A stretch of 64,000 bases of DNA from a bacterium (GCA_963675755.2 CAXXMD010000003.1:1760001-1824000); one strand, 5' to 3'; positions 10,113 to 20,648 are shown, counted from the first letter of the stretch. Made by a program: numbers and translations. The notes: generated by a model not told the origin, from the letters alone.

Positions 10113-11209
10113 GCAAATATAAAGATTTTTTTCGTCCGGAACGGATATATATTGAAACAGATGTAAAAAACACAATGATGGTTAAACGGATTTTGGACCG
10201 TTTCCCCAATGCAGATGTTCATGATACTGAAGACGCAAACCTGGTTATTGATCAGGCTACCGAGCAAACACACAGTAAATGGCAAAATACCTTATTGCTT
10301 GCAAAACAGCGCGGCCCTTTTTTGCGCTTGTGTCCAGGTACACAAAAGCATGTTTGCTGTTTGTACTATAATCTGGATATTGCGGCGGGATGTGACCTGG
10401 GATGCAGTTATTGTATTCTACAGGGGTATTTAAACAATCCATTGATTACAGTCTATGCCAATCATGATGATATGTACACAGAGCTGGACCGAGCATTGGT
10501 TGATCACCCCACCCGGTTTTACAGAATAGGGACAGGGGAGCTGAGTGACAGCCTTACCTTTGACCACTTTTTAGGCATAGGGGCAGATCTTGTACGCTAT
10601 TTTGCAGACAAGCAAAATGCCATCATTGAGCTTAAAAGCAAGAATGTACATGTGGAAGATTTGTTGACAGTTGAGCACAAAGGCCGGACTGTTGTATCCT
10701 GGTCTATGAACGCAAAGCAGGTAACAGAACATGATGAGGGAATAGCACCGTCAATTGATGACCGCCTTTTGGCAGCACAGCAGGTTCAGCAGGCTGGATA
10801 CAGATTGGGATTCCATTTCGATCCAATGATCTGGTTTGATGGCTGGAAACAAGAATACAAAGAAACCGTAGATAAAATATTCAAAGTTATTAAACCGGAA
10901 AATATTGCATGGATAAGCCTGGGTGCGTTGCGTTACCCAGCCATGCTGGATGATGTAATACGTGAGAATCATCCGAATTCTGATATTGTGTTGGGAGAAC
11001 TCTTGCCGGGCCGTGACAAAAAACTACGATATTTTTTACCACAACGCATAGAAATGTTTTCACACATGTACAAATGGATAAAAAGCTATTCAGCAGATGT
11101 GTTTATCTATTTATGTATGGAAAACAAAAGCGTTTGGGAAAAATCTTTCTCCTGGGCCCCCAAAAACAGTGCACACCTGAAAACCCTGCTGGATCAACAG
11201 GTGCAGTGA
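10109..11209 (+). CDS. Spore photoproduct lyase (SplB)-like radical SAM protein
   Basis: Radical SAM motif CDLGCSYC plus SPL-family-like motifs IGTGELSDS, ELKSK, GFHFDP and YLCME. Confidence 0.8.
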   Translation: MSKYKDFFRPERIYIETDVKNTMMVKRILDRFPNADVHDTEDANLVIDQATEQTHSKWQNTLLLAKQRGPFLRLCPGTQKHVCCLYYNLDIAAGCDLGCSYCILQGYLNNPLITVYANHDDMYTELDRALVDHPTRFYRIGTGELSDSLTFDHFLGIGADLVRYFADKQNAIIELKSKNVHVEDLLTVEHKGRTVVSWSMNAKQVTEHDEGIAPSIDDRLLAAQQVQQAGYRLGFHFDPMIWFDGWKQEYKETVDKIFKVIKPENIAWISLGALRYPAMLDDVIRENHPNSDIVLGELLPGRDKKLRYFLPQRIEMFSHMYKWIKSYSADVFIYLCMENKSVWEKSFSWAPKNSAHLKTLLDQQVQ

Positions 11210-11235
11210 TTCTACCTAATCGTCATTAAATTATA

Positions 11236-11619
11236 TTATATTTTTTTCCAACGTTCAATTTTATCGACAGCATCTTGTGCTGCTTTGGTAATTACCGAAA
11301 GGTCAAATGGTTTTGGGAAATAATCATCAAAACCTGCCTCAAGACAGGTGATAAGATCAAAAGTAGATTTGTAACCTGTTATTGCATGAATACATGAGGT
11401 CGGTTTGTTCTTTTTTAACAACTTGCAAAGATTTATTCCATCCATCCCCGGAAGCATTAAATCAAGAAAAATGATTTCAATGTTTTCTTTGACCAATAAT
11501 TTTAAAGCCTCTTCGCCTGTTGATGCAGTATAAACCGAAAAGCCAACCTCTGTTAATGTTTCTTCGAGCAGATTTCGGATCATATCCTCATCATCAACAA
11601 CAAGAACTTTTTTATCCAT
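11236..11619 (-). CDS. Single-domain response regulator (receiver)
   Basis: Motifs VLVVDDE, FLDLMLPGMDG and PKPFD. Confidence 0.9.
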   Translation of the reverse strand: MDKKVLVVDDEDMIRNLLEETLTEVGFSVYTASTGEEALKLLVKENIEIIFLDLMLPGMDGINLCKLLKKNKPTSCIHAITGYKSTFDLITCLEAGFDDYFPKPFDLSVITKAAQDAVDKIERWKKI

Positions 11620-11804
11620 TATTACCTCTTGATTTCATCTGTAAGAATTGTAATTGTCTTATTATACAGGATTTATTGACAAAAATCAACAACAAAGTTT
11701 GTAAAAAGACTTGAAAATGACGTTTATTAAGCAATTATTTTGTTTCTGTAATTATGTTACAAGTTTTTAAAAATCATTACGTTAAATATCTTATAAAGAC
11801 GTGC

Positions 11805-13895
11805 TTATTTTATATCCTGCTTAAACCTTACAACATCCAGAGACTTGCCATAGATTAACAGCTTGTCTCCCCTCATAAAGACCATATCTTTATGAGGCAT
11901 CACTTTTTCCGCGTCCGATGTTTTCATGTCCACAAGGTTTAACCGTTCTACCATTAACACATCTATATTGTACTTGTTTCTCAGATTGAGTTTTGACAGG
12001 CTTTTGTTGATAAAGCTGTCAGGAAGGTTGACCTGCGCTATTGAAAAGCCCGGTACCGCCTCCATAATTTTGTCTTTCTGCAAGGACTTTACATTTACAG
12101 CCAGTTCGTCTCTGAGTGATATTTTACCAATTTTCTGGTTATAGATATTCAACACATCTTGATAGTGTAATACTCCCAAAATTTTATTTTCAACACCTTC
12201 TTTTAATACAGGAATCTCTTCAATGTGGTGTGAAGCAAAAATTCGCATTGCCATTTCAAGATTGTCATTACAGTTAACAAAAATCAGGTTTTCATCGGCA
12301 ATATCTTTGGCTATTACCATGCCTTCAAGCGTATGATAAGATGTTATAAGATGGTGAAGTGTTGAACTGTGAATAACACCGGTGAGACTGCCTGCTTTGT
12401 TGGTGATATAGATGGTATCGTGTTCTTCATCGTTCAAAAAGGTATGAATCAATTCAGAGATGGGTGTGTTTTCAGGGATGAGTAGTATAGATTTTCGGGT
12501 AATGTGTTCTACCGGAATTGAACAGAGTATCCGTTTTTCCTGAGTTTCACCTACTTCGTATCCTTCTTCTGCCAGTTCTTTTGCATAGATAGAGCCATTC
12601 ATGGCCATTTGAGCAATTGTATGACTGCCTACAATGCCCAATATAAGCGGCAAAATAAAGTGATAATCGTTGGTCATTTCAAACAAAATCATAATTGCGG
12701 TTATAGGTACAGAGTTAACCCCTGCCAACATTGCGCCCATACCCACCAGTGTAAATGTTGTGGTATGCAGATCAAGATTGAATACTGAAGAGGCGGTTAC
12801 CGCAAACAGATAACCGAAACATGCACCCATGAACATAGAGGGCGCAAAGATACCGCCAAAACCGCCGGCACCCAAAATCAAAACAACAAGTGCAAATTTT
12901 AAAACAAAGAGTAGAGATATGGTTTTCAGGGTATAGGTTTGTGCCAGCATGTTATTAATTGCATCATAACCAATGCCCAAAATATCAGGAATCATAAAGC
13001 CAGCCAAACCCATGATGAGTCCGGCTACAACCATACCTGTCCACAAGGGATACCGTTTATAAATACGTGAAAAACTGTGGTGTACGCTTTCTTTGGATTT
13101 GATAAAGAGAATGGATAACAATCCTGCGCCTAAACCCAAGAGCAAGTAGAAAATATAATCCTGATAAGAACCGAGCTGTACCGTATCAAAGAGGAATTTG
13201 GGATCGTTGCCTAAAAAGATACGAGAAACAGCGCTGGCAGAAACTGATGAAAGCAGAAATACACTGAGAGCTGTGGCTCTAAACTCGTTAAGCAGAACAA
13301 CTTCTAGCGCGAAAAATACCCCGGCAAGCGGAGTGTTAAATACACCCGCAATAGCTGCTCCGGCGCCGGCTGCGGTAAACATTCTCAGGCGCGATTCTGA
13401 AAGGCCCAGCATTCTACCCAAAGCGGATACAACACCTGCACCGGTTTGGGCTGCAGGGGCTTCCGGGCCAACGGTACAACCGCTTCCTATACAAACAGCA
13501 GGCGCTAAAAAGTGAAATAATGTTGCTTTGGGAGAAAGCTTGCCATCGTACAGGGAGACAGATTTAATTACTTCAAGTACACCTTTTTGCCGGGATTCTT
13601 TGGGAGCAATCTTGACCATAAAATACTGGATCAGCATGCCGATTACCGGCAATATTATGATCAACCAAAATGGGGCTGAATGGTTTTTCAATGCCAGATG
13701 TTGTAAAAGGGCAATAGATTCGTGAAATCCTACCGCTGAAAGTCCGGCAACAGTGCCCAATATTAATGAAAATATTATTAAAATTGTATATTCAGATGCA
13801 CCATGGGCAGAAAGATATTGCCCTGCTCTGAGTTGGTGCTTTTTAAAATGTAGCTTGAGGTTTGATAGAAAAGGGTCCAAGGGTTGATACCACAC
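11805..13895 (-). CDS. ClC-family chloride channel/antiporter with CBS pair and C-terminal TrkA-C (RCK) domain
   Basis: GPEAP (gating Glu), FNTPLAG, FALEV and GGIFAPS; CBS-like region; terminal NKSLSKLNLRNKYNIDVLMVER...GDKLLIYG. Confidence 0.88.
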   Translation of the reverse strand: MWYQPLDPFLSNLKLHFKKHQLRAGQYLSAHGASEYTILIIFSLILGTVAGLSAVGFHESIALLQHLALKNHSAPFWLIIILPVIGMLIQYFMVKIAPKESRQKGVLEVIKSVSLYDGKLSPKATLFHFLAPAVCIGSGCTVGPEAPAAQTGAGVVSALGRMLGLSESRLRMFTAAGAGAAIAGVFNTPLAGVFFALEVVLLNEFRATALSVFLLSSVSASAVSRIFLGNDPKFLFDTVQLGSYQDYIFYLLLGLGAGLLSILFIKSKESVHHSFSRIYKRYPLWTGMVVAGLIMGLAGFMIPDILGIGYDAINNMLAQTYTLKTISLLFVLKFALVVLILGAGGFGGIFAPSMFMGACFGYLFAVTASSVFNLDLHTTTFTLVGMGAMLAGVNSVPITAIMILFEMTNDYHFILPLILGIVGSHTIAQMAMNGSIYAKELAEEGYEVGETQEKRILCSIPVEHITRKSILLIPENTPISELIHTFLNDEEHDTIYITNKAGSLTGVIHSSTLHHLITSYHTLEGMVIAKDIADENLIFVNCNDNLEMAMRIFASHHIEEIPVLKEGVENKILGVLHYQDVLNIYNQKIGKISLRDELAVNVKSLQKDKIMEAVPGFSIAQVNLPDSFINKSLSKLNLRNKYNIDVLMVERLNLVDMKTSDAEKVMPHKDMVFMRGDKLLIYGKSLDVVRFKQDIK

Positions 13896-13918
13896 ATGTT
13901 TTTATGAAAAAATAAATA

Positions 13919-14275
13919 TTATATGTCCCTAACCAGTAACAATAATGCACCATGGGGAACGATCAAAAATGTTTCGTTGTCATATTTTACTTCAACAGCT
14001 GCTTTGCGCAAGAATATCGCATAATCACCTACCCGGGCTTGCTGGGGTATTGATTGTTCGTCGTAGTTTTGCTTCCAGGGTTCCTGTTCAATGTCTTCGG
14101 GCTCCGGCATGGGTACTGCAGGACCTACTTCAACAATTCTGCCACCCTGAATGGATTCTTTTTCCACTGCCCATTTGGGCAGGTACAAGCCAGAGTTGCT
14201 GCGATCGTCACCTATATCCGGGACGATTAACAGCCTGTCTCCAACTACGATAAGTTCTTTTTTACCTTGTTTCAT
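13919..14275 (-). CDS. GroES (Cpn10)-family co-chaperone, stand-alone
   Basis: Motifs VGDRLLI, SGLYLP, GRIVEVGP and VGDYAIF; no groEL adjacent. Confidence 0.8.
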   Translation of the reverse strand: MKQGKKELIVVGDRLLIVPDIGDDRSNSGLYLPKWAVEKESIQGGRIVEVGPAVPMPEPEDIEQEPWKQNYDEQSIPQQARVGDYAIFLRKAAVEVKYDNETFLIVPHGALLLLVRDI

Positions 14276-14404
14276 ATATTTTTCCTTTCCTGGATTAAAA
14301 ATACAGAAAATTTGTTAAATATCAAAAAGATAAAAACAAGATTCTAGAGTTGACTTTGGAAAGCGGTTTGATTAATTTAGAAAAAAAGAAAATAGGAGTA
14401 AAAA

Positions 14405-16078
14405 GTGAAAGTATTGAACACGTTTTTAGGTTTTATTTTCTTGTCTACTATTGCTTTTGGACAAGGATTACAGGAGAGTGATATGGAAGCGTTTTTACAA
14501 AAACATTTGGCAAAAGTTCAACCCTTGCAGGAACAGGCGGCACTGGCTTATTGGAATGCCGCATTAAAAGGACAATCGGAAGATTATGAAACCTATAGTA
14601 AAGTAGAGCTGGAGCTAAAACAGGTTTATAGTGATCCCAAGGATTTTGAATTAATTAAAGCATTTAAGGAAAGTGGGAATATTAAAGATCCGCTTTTGGC
14701 CCGTCAACTTGAGATTCTGTACCTGGGATATCTACAGAACCAGATTGAGCCTGAGCTGCTTGAAGCTATTGTACAAAAAGGCGCCAAGATTGAAGAGCGG
14801 TTTAACACCTTTCGTGGAAAAATAAATGGTAAACCCGTAAGCGGGAATGATATAGAATTGATTTTAAAAGAAGAAACGGATTCTGCTAAAAGAAAAGACG
14901 CATGGTTGGCAAGTAAACAAGTGGCACCCGAAATTGCCAATGATTTGATTGAATTGGTAAAATTGCGTAACAAAGCTGCACATAATTTAGGATTTGAGAA
15001 TTACCATACTTTGTCTCTTAGTGTTGATGAACAAAGTGTGGAAGAATTGGATGCTATTTTTGATGAATTGTACAAATTGACCAACAAGCCGTTTGCAAAG
15101 CTGAAAAAAGAGTTGGATGGCATTTTGGCCAAAAACAGTGGCGTGTCTGTGGATGATTTAAAGCCTTGGCATTATCATGATCCGTTTTTCCAGGAAACCC
15201 CGCTGGTTTATCAACTGGATCTTGATGGATTTTACGAAAACAAGGATGTTGTAAAATTGGCTGAAAAGTTTTATGACAGCATCAATATGCCGGTAGAGAG
15301 TATTCTTGCCAACAGTGATTTATATGAAAAAGAAGGTAAAAATCCGCATGCGTTCTGTACTGACATTGACCGTGAAGGAGATGTTCGTATTTTGTGTAAT
15401 GTGAAGAATAATGAACGCTGGATGGAAACCATGCTGCACGAATTGGGTCATGCCGTTTATGATAAATATCAGGATTCTGAAACGCCATATTTGTTGAGAA
15501 CACCTGCTCACACCTTTACTACCGAAGCCATTGCCATGTTCTTTGGTCGCCTGAGCAGAAACGGTGCCTGGATGCAGGAAATGCTTGATCTCTCTGATGA
15601 TCAGAGAAGCGATATTGATAAAGTAAGTGATAAATATGCCAGACTCAAACAATTGATTTTTGCGCGCTGGGCAATGGTTATGTACAATTTTGAAAAAGAA
15701 TTGTATGCAAATCCTGATCAGGATCTGAACACCCTCTGGTGGGACCTTGTTGAAAAATACCAGATGGTAAAACGTCCTGAAAAGCGTAACGAGCCGGATT
15801 GGGCCGCCAAGATCCATTTCTCTATGGCACCTTGTTACTATCACAACTATTTATTGGGCGAGCTGTTTGCTTCTCAATTGCACCATACATTGGTCGTAGA
15901 TGTAATGGGAAAAGATATGAAAAGTGATGTGAGTTATGTGGGTGAAGGCAAAGCTGGCGAATATATTGAAAAACATATTTTTGAACCCGGCGCTAAATAC
16001 CGTTGGAATGAAATGATTGAAAAAGCTACCGGCGAACCATTAACCGCCAAATATTTCGTAGAGCAATTTGTAAAATAA
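14405..16078 (+). CDS. Secreted gluzincin metallopeptidase (M2/M3-like)
   Basis: Signal peptide, HELGH zinc motif, third ligand in TTEAIA, and PCYYHNY. Confidence 0.85.
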   Translation: MKVLNTFLGFIFLSTIAFGQGLQESDMEAFLQKHLAKVQPLQEQAALAYWNAALKGQSEDYETYSKVELELKQVYSDPKDFELIKAFKESGNIKDPLLARQLEILYLGYLQNQIEPELLEAIVQKGAKIEERFNTFRGKINGKPVSGNDIELILKEETDSAKRKDAWLASKQVAPEIANDLIELVKLRNKAAHNLGFENYHTLSLSVDEQSVEELDAIFDELYKLTNKPFAKLKKELDGILAKNSGVSVDDLKPWHYHDPFFQETPLVYQLDLDGFYENKDVVKLAEKFYDSINMPVESILANSDLYEKEGKNPHAFCTDIDREGDVRILCNVKNNERWMETMLHELGHAVYDKYQDSETPYLLRTPAHTFTTEAIAMFFGRLSRNGAWMQEMLDLSDDQRSDIDKVSDKYARLKQLIFARWAMVMYNFEKELYANPDQDLNTLWWDLVEKYQMVKRPEKRNEPDWAAKIHFSMAPCYYHNYLLGELFASQLHHTLVVDVMGKDMKSDVSYVGEGKAGEYIEKHIFEPGAKYRWNEMIEKATGEPLTAKYFVEQFVK

Positions 16079-16089
16079 GGGATTAGCGC

Positions 16090-17421
16090 ATGAACAGATT
16101 AGACCGTGATCTTTTTAGACGGATGCCGGATGGAACAGAAAAACATATCAATCCGTTTACCGGTACCGAAGTTTGGTTCATACCGGGACGCGGGAATCGC
16201 CCCATTAACACTGTCCGTCCTGATGACATAAAGCCTATTCAGAAAAAAAAGGATGAAGATTACTGTGATTTCTGTTCAACGCTTTATTTTAATACAACAC
16301 CGGAAAAATCCCGAGTTCAAATAATTGATGGTAAATATCAGTACTTTGAAAATCTGCAGCCGCATGAAATTTTGACAACGCCTGCAGAATTCCGGCGAAT
16401 TTCAAATTTGTTTGAAATTGTTCGGATTGATTATTGGAAAAAGAATTATGATTACCGCTTGTCAGACAAGAACCAGCAGCGTAAAGATGCCTATTTGTCA
16501 ACCGAGCTGGGTCGAAATCACATTGTTTCCATGATCAATATGAAATTGAAATATACAGGTGTAGCGGATTCTGAAATTGCCAAAATGACTGTGGATGAAA
16601 AGATTGCAATGAGTGACGCTTTTTTTGGTGGTACGCATGAACTTATTATTCCACGCCGTCATTATCGGGATGATGCTAAACAGACCATAGATCTTGCTTC
16701 TTCGGGTGCGTTGACACCCGAAGAGCATTTTCAATATTTTCAGTTTACCATCAGAGCCATGCAGGATATGTACGAGAACGTAAGATACGTCCGCTATGTC
16801 AGTGTTTTTCAAAATTGGCTGCGAGAGGCTGGCGCTTCTTTCGAGCATTTGCACAAACAACTTGTAGGACTCGATGAATGGGGTGTATCTGTTGAGCGCG
16901 AGATAGAGATGGCGGCACGGAATCCCAATATCTATAATGAATATGCGGCCAATTTTGCGTCTTATAATAATTTTGTGATCTGTGAAAATGATTATGCTAT
17001 TGCCTTTGCAGATTTGGGGCACCGGAACCCTACGGTTGCTATCTATTCTAAAAGTGAGAATTGTCGTCCCAATGATCATTCACCCAGTGAATTGCGCGGA
17101 TTTAGCGACCTTGTGCATGCTATTCATGCAGCAATGGGGCCGGGAATTTCATGTAATGAAGAGTGGTATTATATGCCGGTGGACAGTGTGGTACCCATGC
17201 CCTGGCATGTATTGATAAAATGGCGTATTAATATTTCGGCGGGATTTGAAGGCGGAACCAAGATTTATGTAAATCCATTGTCTATTTCACAGGTGCGCGA
17301 TATCATAGTACCGCGCTTGTTTGATCTGCGTACCCATGGCAAAGTAAGCGATATGCATATTGCGGCTGAATGTCCTGTTAAACCCAATTCTTTAAAATAT
17401 TACAAGCATCAGCCCCAATGA
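16090..17421 (+). CDS. DUF4921 family / GalT-like (HIT superfamily) nucleotidyltransferase
   Basis: Motifs NPFTGTEVW, CDFC, FQNWLREAGASFEHLHKQ (HxHxQ) and AGFEGGT. Confidence 0.75.
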   Translation: MNRLDRDLFRRMPDGTEKHINPFTGTEVWFIPGRGNRPINTVRPDDIKPIQKKKDEDYCDFCSTLYFNTTPEKSRVQIIDGKYQYFENLQPHEILTTPAEFRRISNLFEIVRIDYWKKNYDYRLSDKNQQRKDAYLSTELGRNHIVSMINMKLKYTGVADSEIAKMTVDEKIAMSDAFFGGTHELIIPRRHYRDDAKQTIDLASSGALTPEEHFQYFQFTIRAMQDMYENVRYVRYVSVFQNWLREAGASFEHLHKQLVGLDEWGVSVEREIEMAARNPNIYNEYAANFASYNNFVICENDYAIAFADLGHRNPTVAIYSKSENCRPNDHSPSELRGFSDLVHAIHAAMGPGISCNEEWYYMPVDSVVPMPWHVLIKWRINISAGFEGGTKIYVNPLSISQVRDIIVPRLFDLRTHGKVSDMHIAAECPVKPNSLKYYKHQPQ

Positions 17422-17422
17422 T

Positions 17423-19840
17423 CTAAACCGGAGGCTGACGGTAAAATTCAATACGACTAGAGAGGCCGTGTTTAAAATACGGCCTTGATATGATCCAGGG
17501 ATTGAAAACTGCTTCTGCCGGTTGCCATGCGCTTTCGTCTATGACCTGAATTTCATTTATATCTGTTTGTTGGGTTAATGCGGCTTTCCAGCTTTCGTTT
17601 GACTGGATGATGAGATTGGGTTCCTCACATTCAAACCAGATGTTTCCCGCGGCTTTTGTTTCTTTTTTATATTGCTTAACCTGTACGGTTATTATATTTT
17701 CACCCTTTTGTAAATAATCTTCTACACGCCAGTATTTTACACGTTCAGCTTCTACAATGGCGGATAAGGTTCTTGAGGCTACCGCAGTGCCTACCAGATT
17801 GCCATTAATCCAAACAGCCGCATGTGTCTCCGCAATGATTTGGATCCACGCTGTTTTGGGCAATTCGTCTAAAAGTATCCTTTTCTGTAGAACGACTCCG
17901 GGAATGGATTCATCTTTGGAGGGAAATGAGATAAACCGTGATTCCAGATTGCCATTCAATTGTACATTCCCCTGCATGATTTCCTGCTGTTTTATCTTGA
18001 TTTCTTTTTCAACGCGTTCCATCAGTGTCAGTATACGGTGCAGGTTGTCTTTTTTATTGTAGGTTAACCAGATGGTTTTGTAATCTGTTTTGATTTCCGT
18101 CAGTTTTTCAATCAGCAGATTCATTTGGTCTGATAAAGCTAATTTTTGTTCTCTGTCCGGGATATGTAATTTCAACTTTTGTAAATCAATTCGCAGATTG
18201 TACAAAATGCCTACCCACTCGTACATACGGGCGCAGAGATTAAGAATATCTAAATGGCTTGTATCAAGTCCTATTTCTTTTCTTAATTGTTTAATCTCTT
18301 TTTGTGCTTGCTTGGCCAGCAAGGGCAATTCATTGGCCCGTTTAAGAAAATGCTGCTTGTCTCTTTGTCCGGGGTAAAAGGGGTGCCCGAAAAAATGGTT
18401 TAGATCATAATAATCTGAACAGGAGGAAAGGAGGTGGTACACAGAAGCAATACCGGGATCCTCACAGTGCAAGAATTGATAGAAAAAACGGTCTTCAAAA
18501 TCTGCAATGTCATTGCTGTCCGGATTCCATGATAATTCAGCTCCATAGGCAAATGGGTAAGTGTTGAGTTCACGCATGTTACCGCCACCAAAATCTCCCC
18601 ACGCGGAATTGATAACGCCTATGGTGTTGTTTTCATGGCCATCTTTAATGATGCCGGCAATGTTTGTACGGGCGTGGGTTAGATCGGGGAAAATGCGGCT
18701 CCAGCTTTGTGTGCCGGGAGAAACAATAAAAGGTTTGCCGCTTTTTTTAAATATCTCTGTTGATGAATAGGGGGATTGGAGATCATAATGCCAGTCCACA
18801 ATAATGACATTGTCAGGGATGTATTGTAAAATTTCGGGATAGTCTAAAATAATATCACCATACATCATGATCTGTTTGTTGTGCTTTTTTACCAGCTCAA
18901 AGACTTTGAGGTAATGGTCGGCATGGACCTTGGCGTTGCCATGTTTTTCCGTTTTTTCCCGACTGGCGCCGTGTCCAATATCCCATGATTCATCAGCACC
19001 AATATTGATGTATGCTGAATCGAAAACCGGTAAAAATTCATCAAGCAGTGTTTCCAGAAACTTGTATGTTTTGGGTGAAACCGCATTGAGTGAAGACGCA
19101 CCCGGGTATTCCGCATGCTCTATAAATTCGGGCTGGATTAGAATGTTTTCAAAATGTCCCAGAGTTTGAAATACCGGAATGATTTGTATGTTTAGTGCTT
19201 TTGCGTAATCCTGAAGCTCGCGGCATTCTTTTGCAGAGAGGGCACCGCGGTTACTACCGATTTGTGGAAAGGCTTTAAACTGGAACATGTCTTCCAGATA
19301 AGGCATATAGACGTTAATTTTGAATTGGGCCAGCCTGTCAAGTATGGTTTTAAAATTCTCCAGTGTAGAGACCTGTCCTCTGCTGATGTCATCCGAAACA
19401 CCACGGATAGAGAAATATGGCCAGTCTTTAATTATAGTGCCTGGGATTTTGTCAGAGGATGAGTACTGCTGAAAGATCTGCTGCAAGGTGGAAATTCCAT
19501 AAAACATGCCGGCGTTACTTTTTGCCAAAAGAATAATTTGGTCTTTTTGAATGTCCAGAATGTAACCTTCATTGTGGAGAGCAGTGTTAAATTTGATGTT
19601 GCCGTCGGGTGAGCAATATTGCAGATTTTTTTCTTCCGCAATTAACAGCAAAATACTGTATTGCCTCATATCTGTTTCTAACGAGTCAATAATTTCCAGC
19701 TTTTTAGTATTCCCAAATAATTTTGACAATTGTTCAGCCTGTGATTGGAACATCGGGCTGAAACCAATAGTAAAAGTACTAGGTTTGATTAAGTGATGTT
19801 CTTTGTTATTGAATATTCTGGGTTTTGGGATGATTTTCAT
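17423..19840 (-). CDS. Glycoside hydrolase family 20 (beta-N-acetylhexosaminidase-like)
   Basis: Motifs EGYIL, DWPYFSIRG, DISRG, QTLGH and catalytic IGADE. Confidence 0.88.
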   Translation of the reverse strand: MKIIPKPRIFNNKEHHLIKPSTFTIGFSPMFQSQAEQLSKLFGNTKKLEIIDSLETDMRQYSILLLIAEEKNLQYCSPDGNIKFNTALHNEGYILDIQKDQIILLAKSNAGMFYGISTLQQIFQQYSSSDKIPGTIIKDWPYFSIRGVSDDISRGQVSTLENFKTILDRLAQFKINVYMPYLEDMFQFKAFPQIGSNRGALSAKECRELQDYAKALNIQIIPVFQTLGHFENILIQPEFIEHAEYPGASSLNAVSPKTYKFLETLLDEFLPVFDSAYINIGADESWDIGHGASREKTEKHGNAKVHADHYLKVFELVKKHNKQIMMYGDIILDYPEILQYIPDNVIIVDWHYDLQSPYSSTEIFKKSGKPFIVSPGTQSWSRIFPDLTHARTNIAGIIKDGHENNTIGVINSAWGDFGGGNMRELNTYPFAYGAELSWNPDSNDIADFEDRFFYQFLHCEDPGIASVYHLLSSCSDYYDLNHFFGHPFYPGQRDKQHFLKRANELPLLAKQAQKEIKQLRKEIGLDTSHLDILNLCARMYEWVGILYNLRIDLQKLKLHIPDREQKLALSDQMNLLIEKLTEIKTDYKTIWLTYNKKDNLHRILTLMERVEKEIKIKQQEIMQGNVQLNGNLESRFISFPSKDESIPGVVLQKRILLDELPKTAWIQIIAETHAAVWINGNLVGTAVASRTLSAIVEAERVKYWRVEDYLQKGENIITVQVKQYKKETKAAGNIWFECEEPNLIIQSNESWKAALTQQTDINEIQVIDESAWQPAEAVFNPWIISRPYFKHGLSSRIEFYRQPPV

Positions 19841-19934
19841 AGTAAATTTAAATAATTATGCGGTTTTTACTTGCTATTTTATTTCAGTTTGTTTAAATAT
19901 AAATAGGGCTATTGGAAAATAAAAAATTAATGCA

Positions 19935-19961
19935 GGAATTTCAAGTGAAATTCGGAGGTTG
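19935..19961 (+). promoter_or_regulatory. Candidate SigR/SigH-type ECF promoter (GGAAT-N18-GTTG)
   Basis: GGAAT at 19935-19939, an exact 18-nt spacer, and GTT at 19958-19960, about 90 bp upstream of the ECF sigma gene. Confidence 0.5.
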
Positions 19962-20051
19962 TGACGCATTGATGACTCGGGGAGATGGAATTCTTGTTAT
20001 GGTTGTAACATTTGTTTAATATTAACATTAATCAAATGAAAGGGGCAAAAA

Positions 20052-20648
20052 ATGAGTAAAGTTTTAATTCCGCTTTCGGAACATAAGCGGACCAAGTTTG
20101 AAGATGTTTCTCTGCAATACATGGATTTACTCTATAGCTCCGCACTTCGTTTAACAAAAAATTCTGCTGAAGCAGAGGACCTTGTGCAAGACACTTATTT
20201 ACGTGCTTATCGGTTTTTTGAAAAATTTCAGGAAGGAACCAATTTTAAAGCCTGGATTTTCAGAATCATGACGAATACCTTTATTAACCGGTATCGCAAA
20301 AAAGCACGATCACCACAACAGGTAGAGTTGGAAAAAGTATCTTTTTTTATTGAAGATGAAGGCCCCGGATACGAATCCATTACAAATAATGTGTTTGAAC
20401 AAGACACATACAGGGAATTATTTGATGATGAGATCAATGGTGCACTCGATCGATTGTCTGATAATTTTAGAGAAATTATTGTGTTGGCAGATGTTGAAGG
20501 ATTAACATATAAAGAAATAGCAGAAAAAGCAGAGATCCCTTTGGGGACGGTCATGTCACGATTGTTTAGAGCAAGACGCATGCTGCAAAAGAATTTATAT
20601 GGAGTAGGTAAGGAGCGCGGTTATTTGCATGAACCCGGATACGCATGA
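20052..20648 (+). CDS. ECF sigma-70 factor (SigH/SigR-like)
   Basis: Region 2 [13 protein letters not shown]...[18 protein letters not shown] and region 4 YKEIAE...[11 protein letters not shown]. Confidence 0.92.
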   Translation: MSKVLIPLSEHKRTKFEDVSLQYMDLLYSSALRLTKNSAEAEDLVQDTYLRAYRFFEKFQEGTNFKAWIFRIMTNTFINRYRKKARSPQQVELEKVSFFIEDEGPGYESITNNVFEQDTYRELFDDEINGALDRLSDNFREIIVLADVEGLTYKEIAEKAEIPLGTVMSRLFRARRMLQKNLYGVGKERGYLHEPGYA

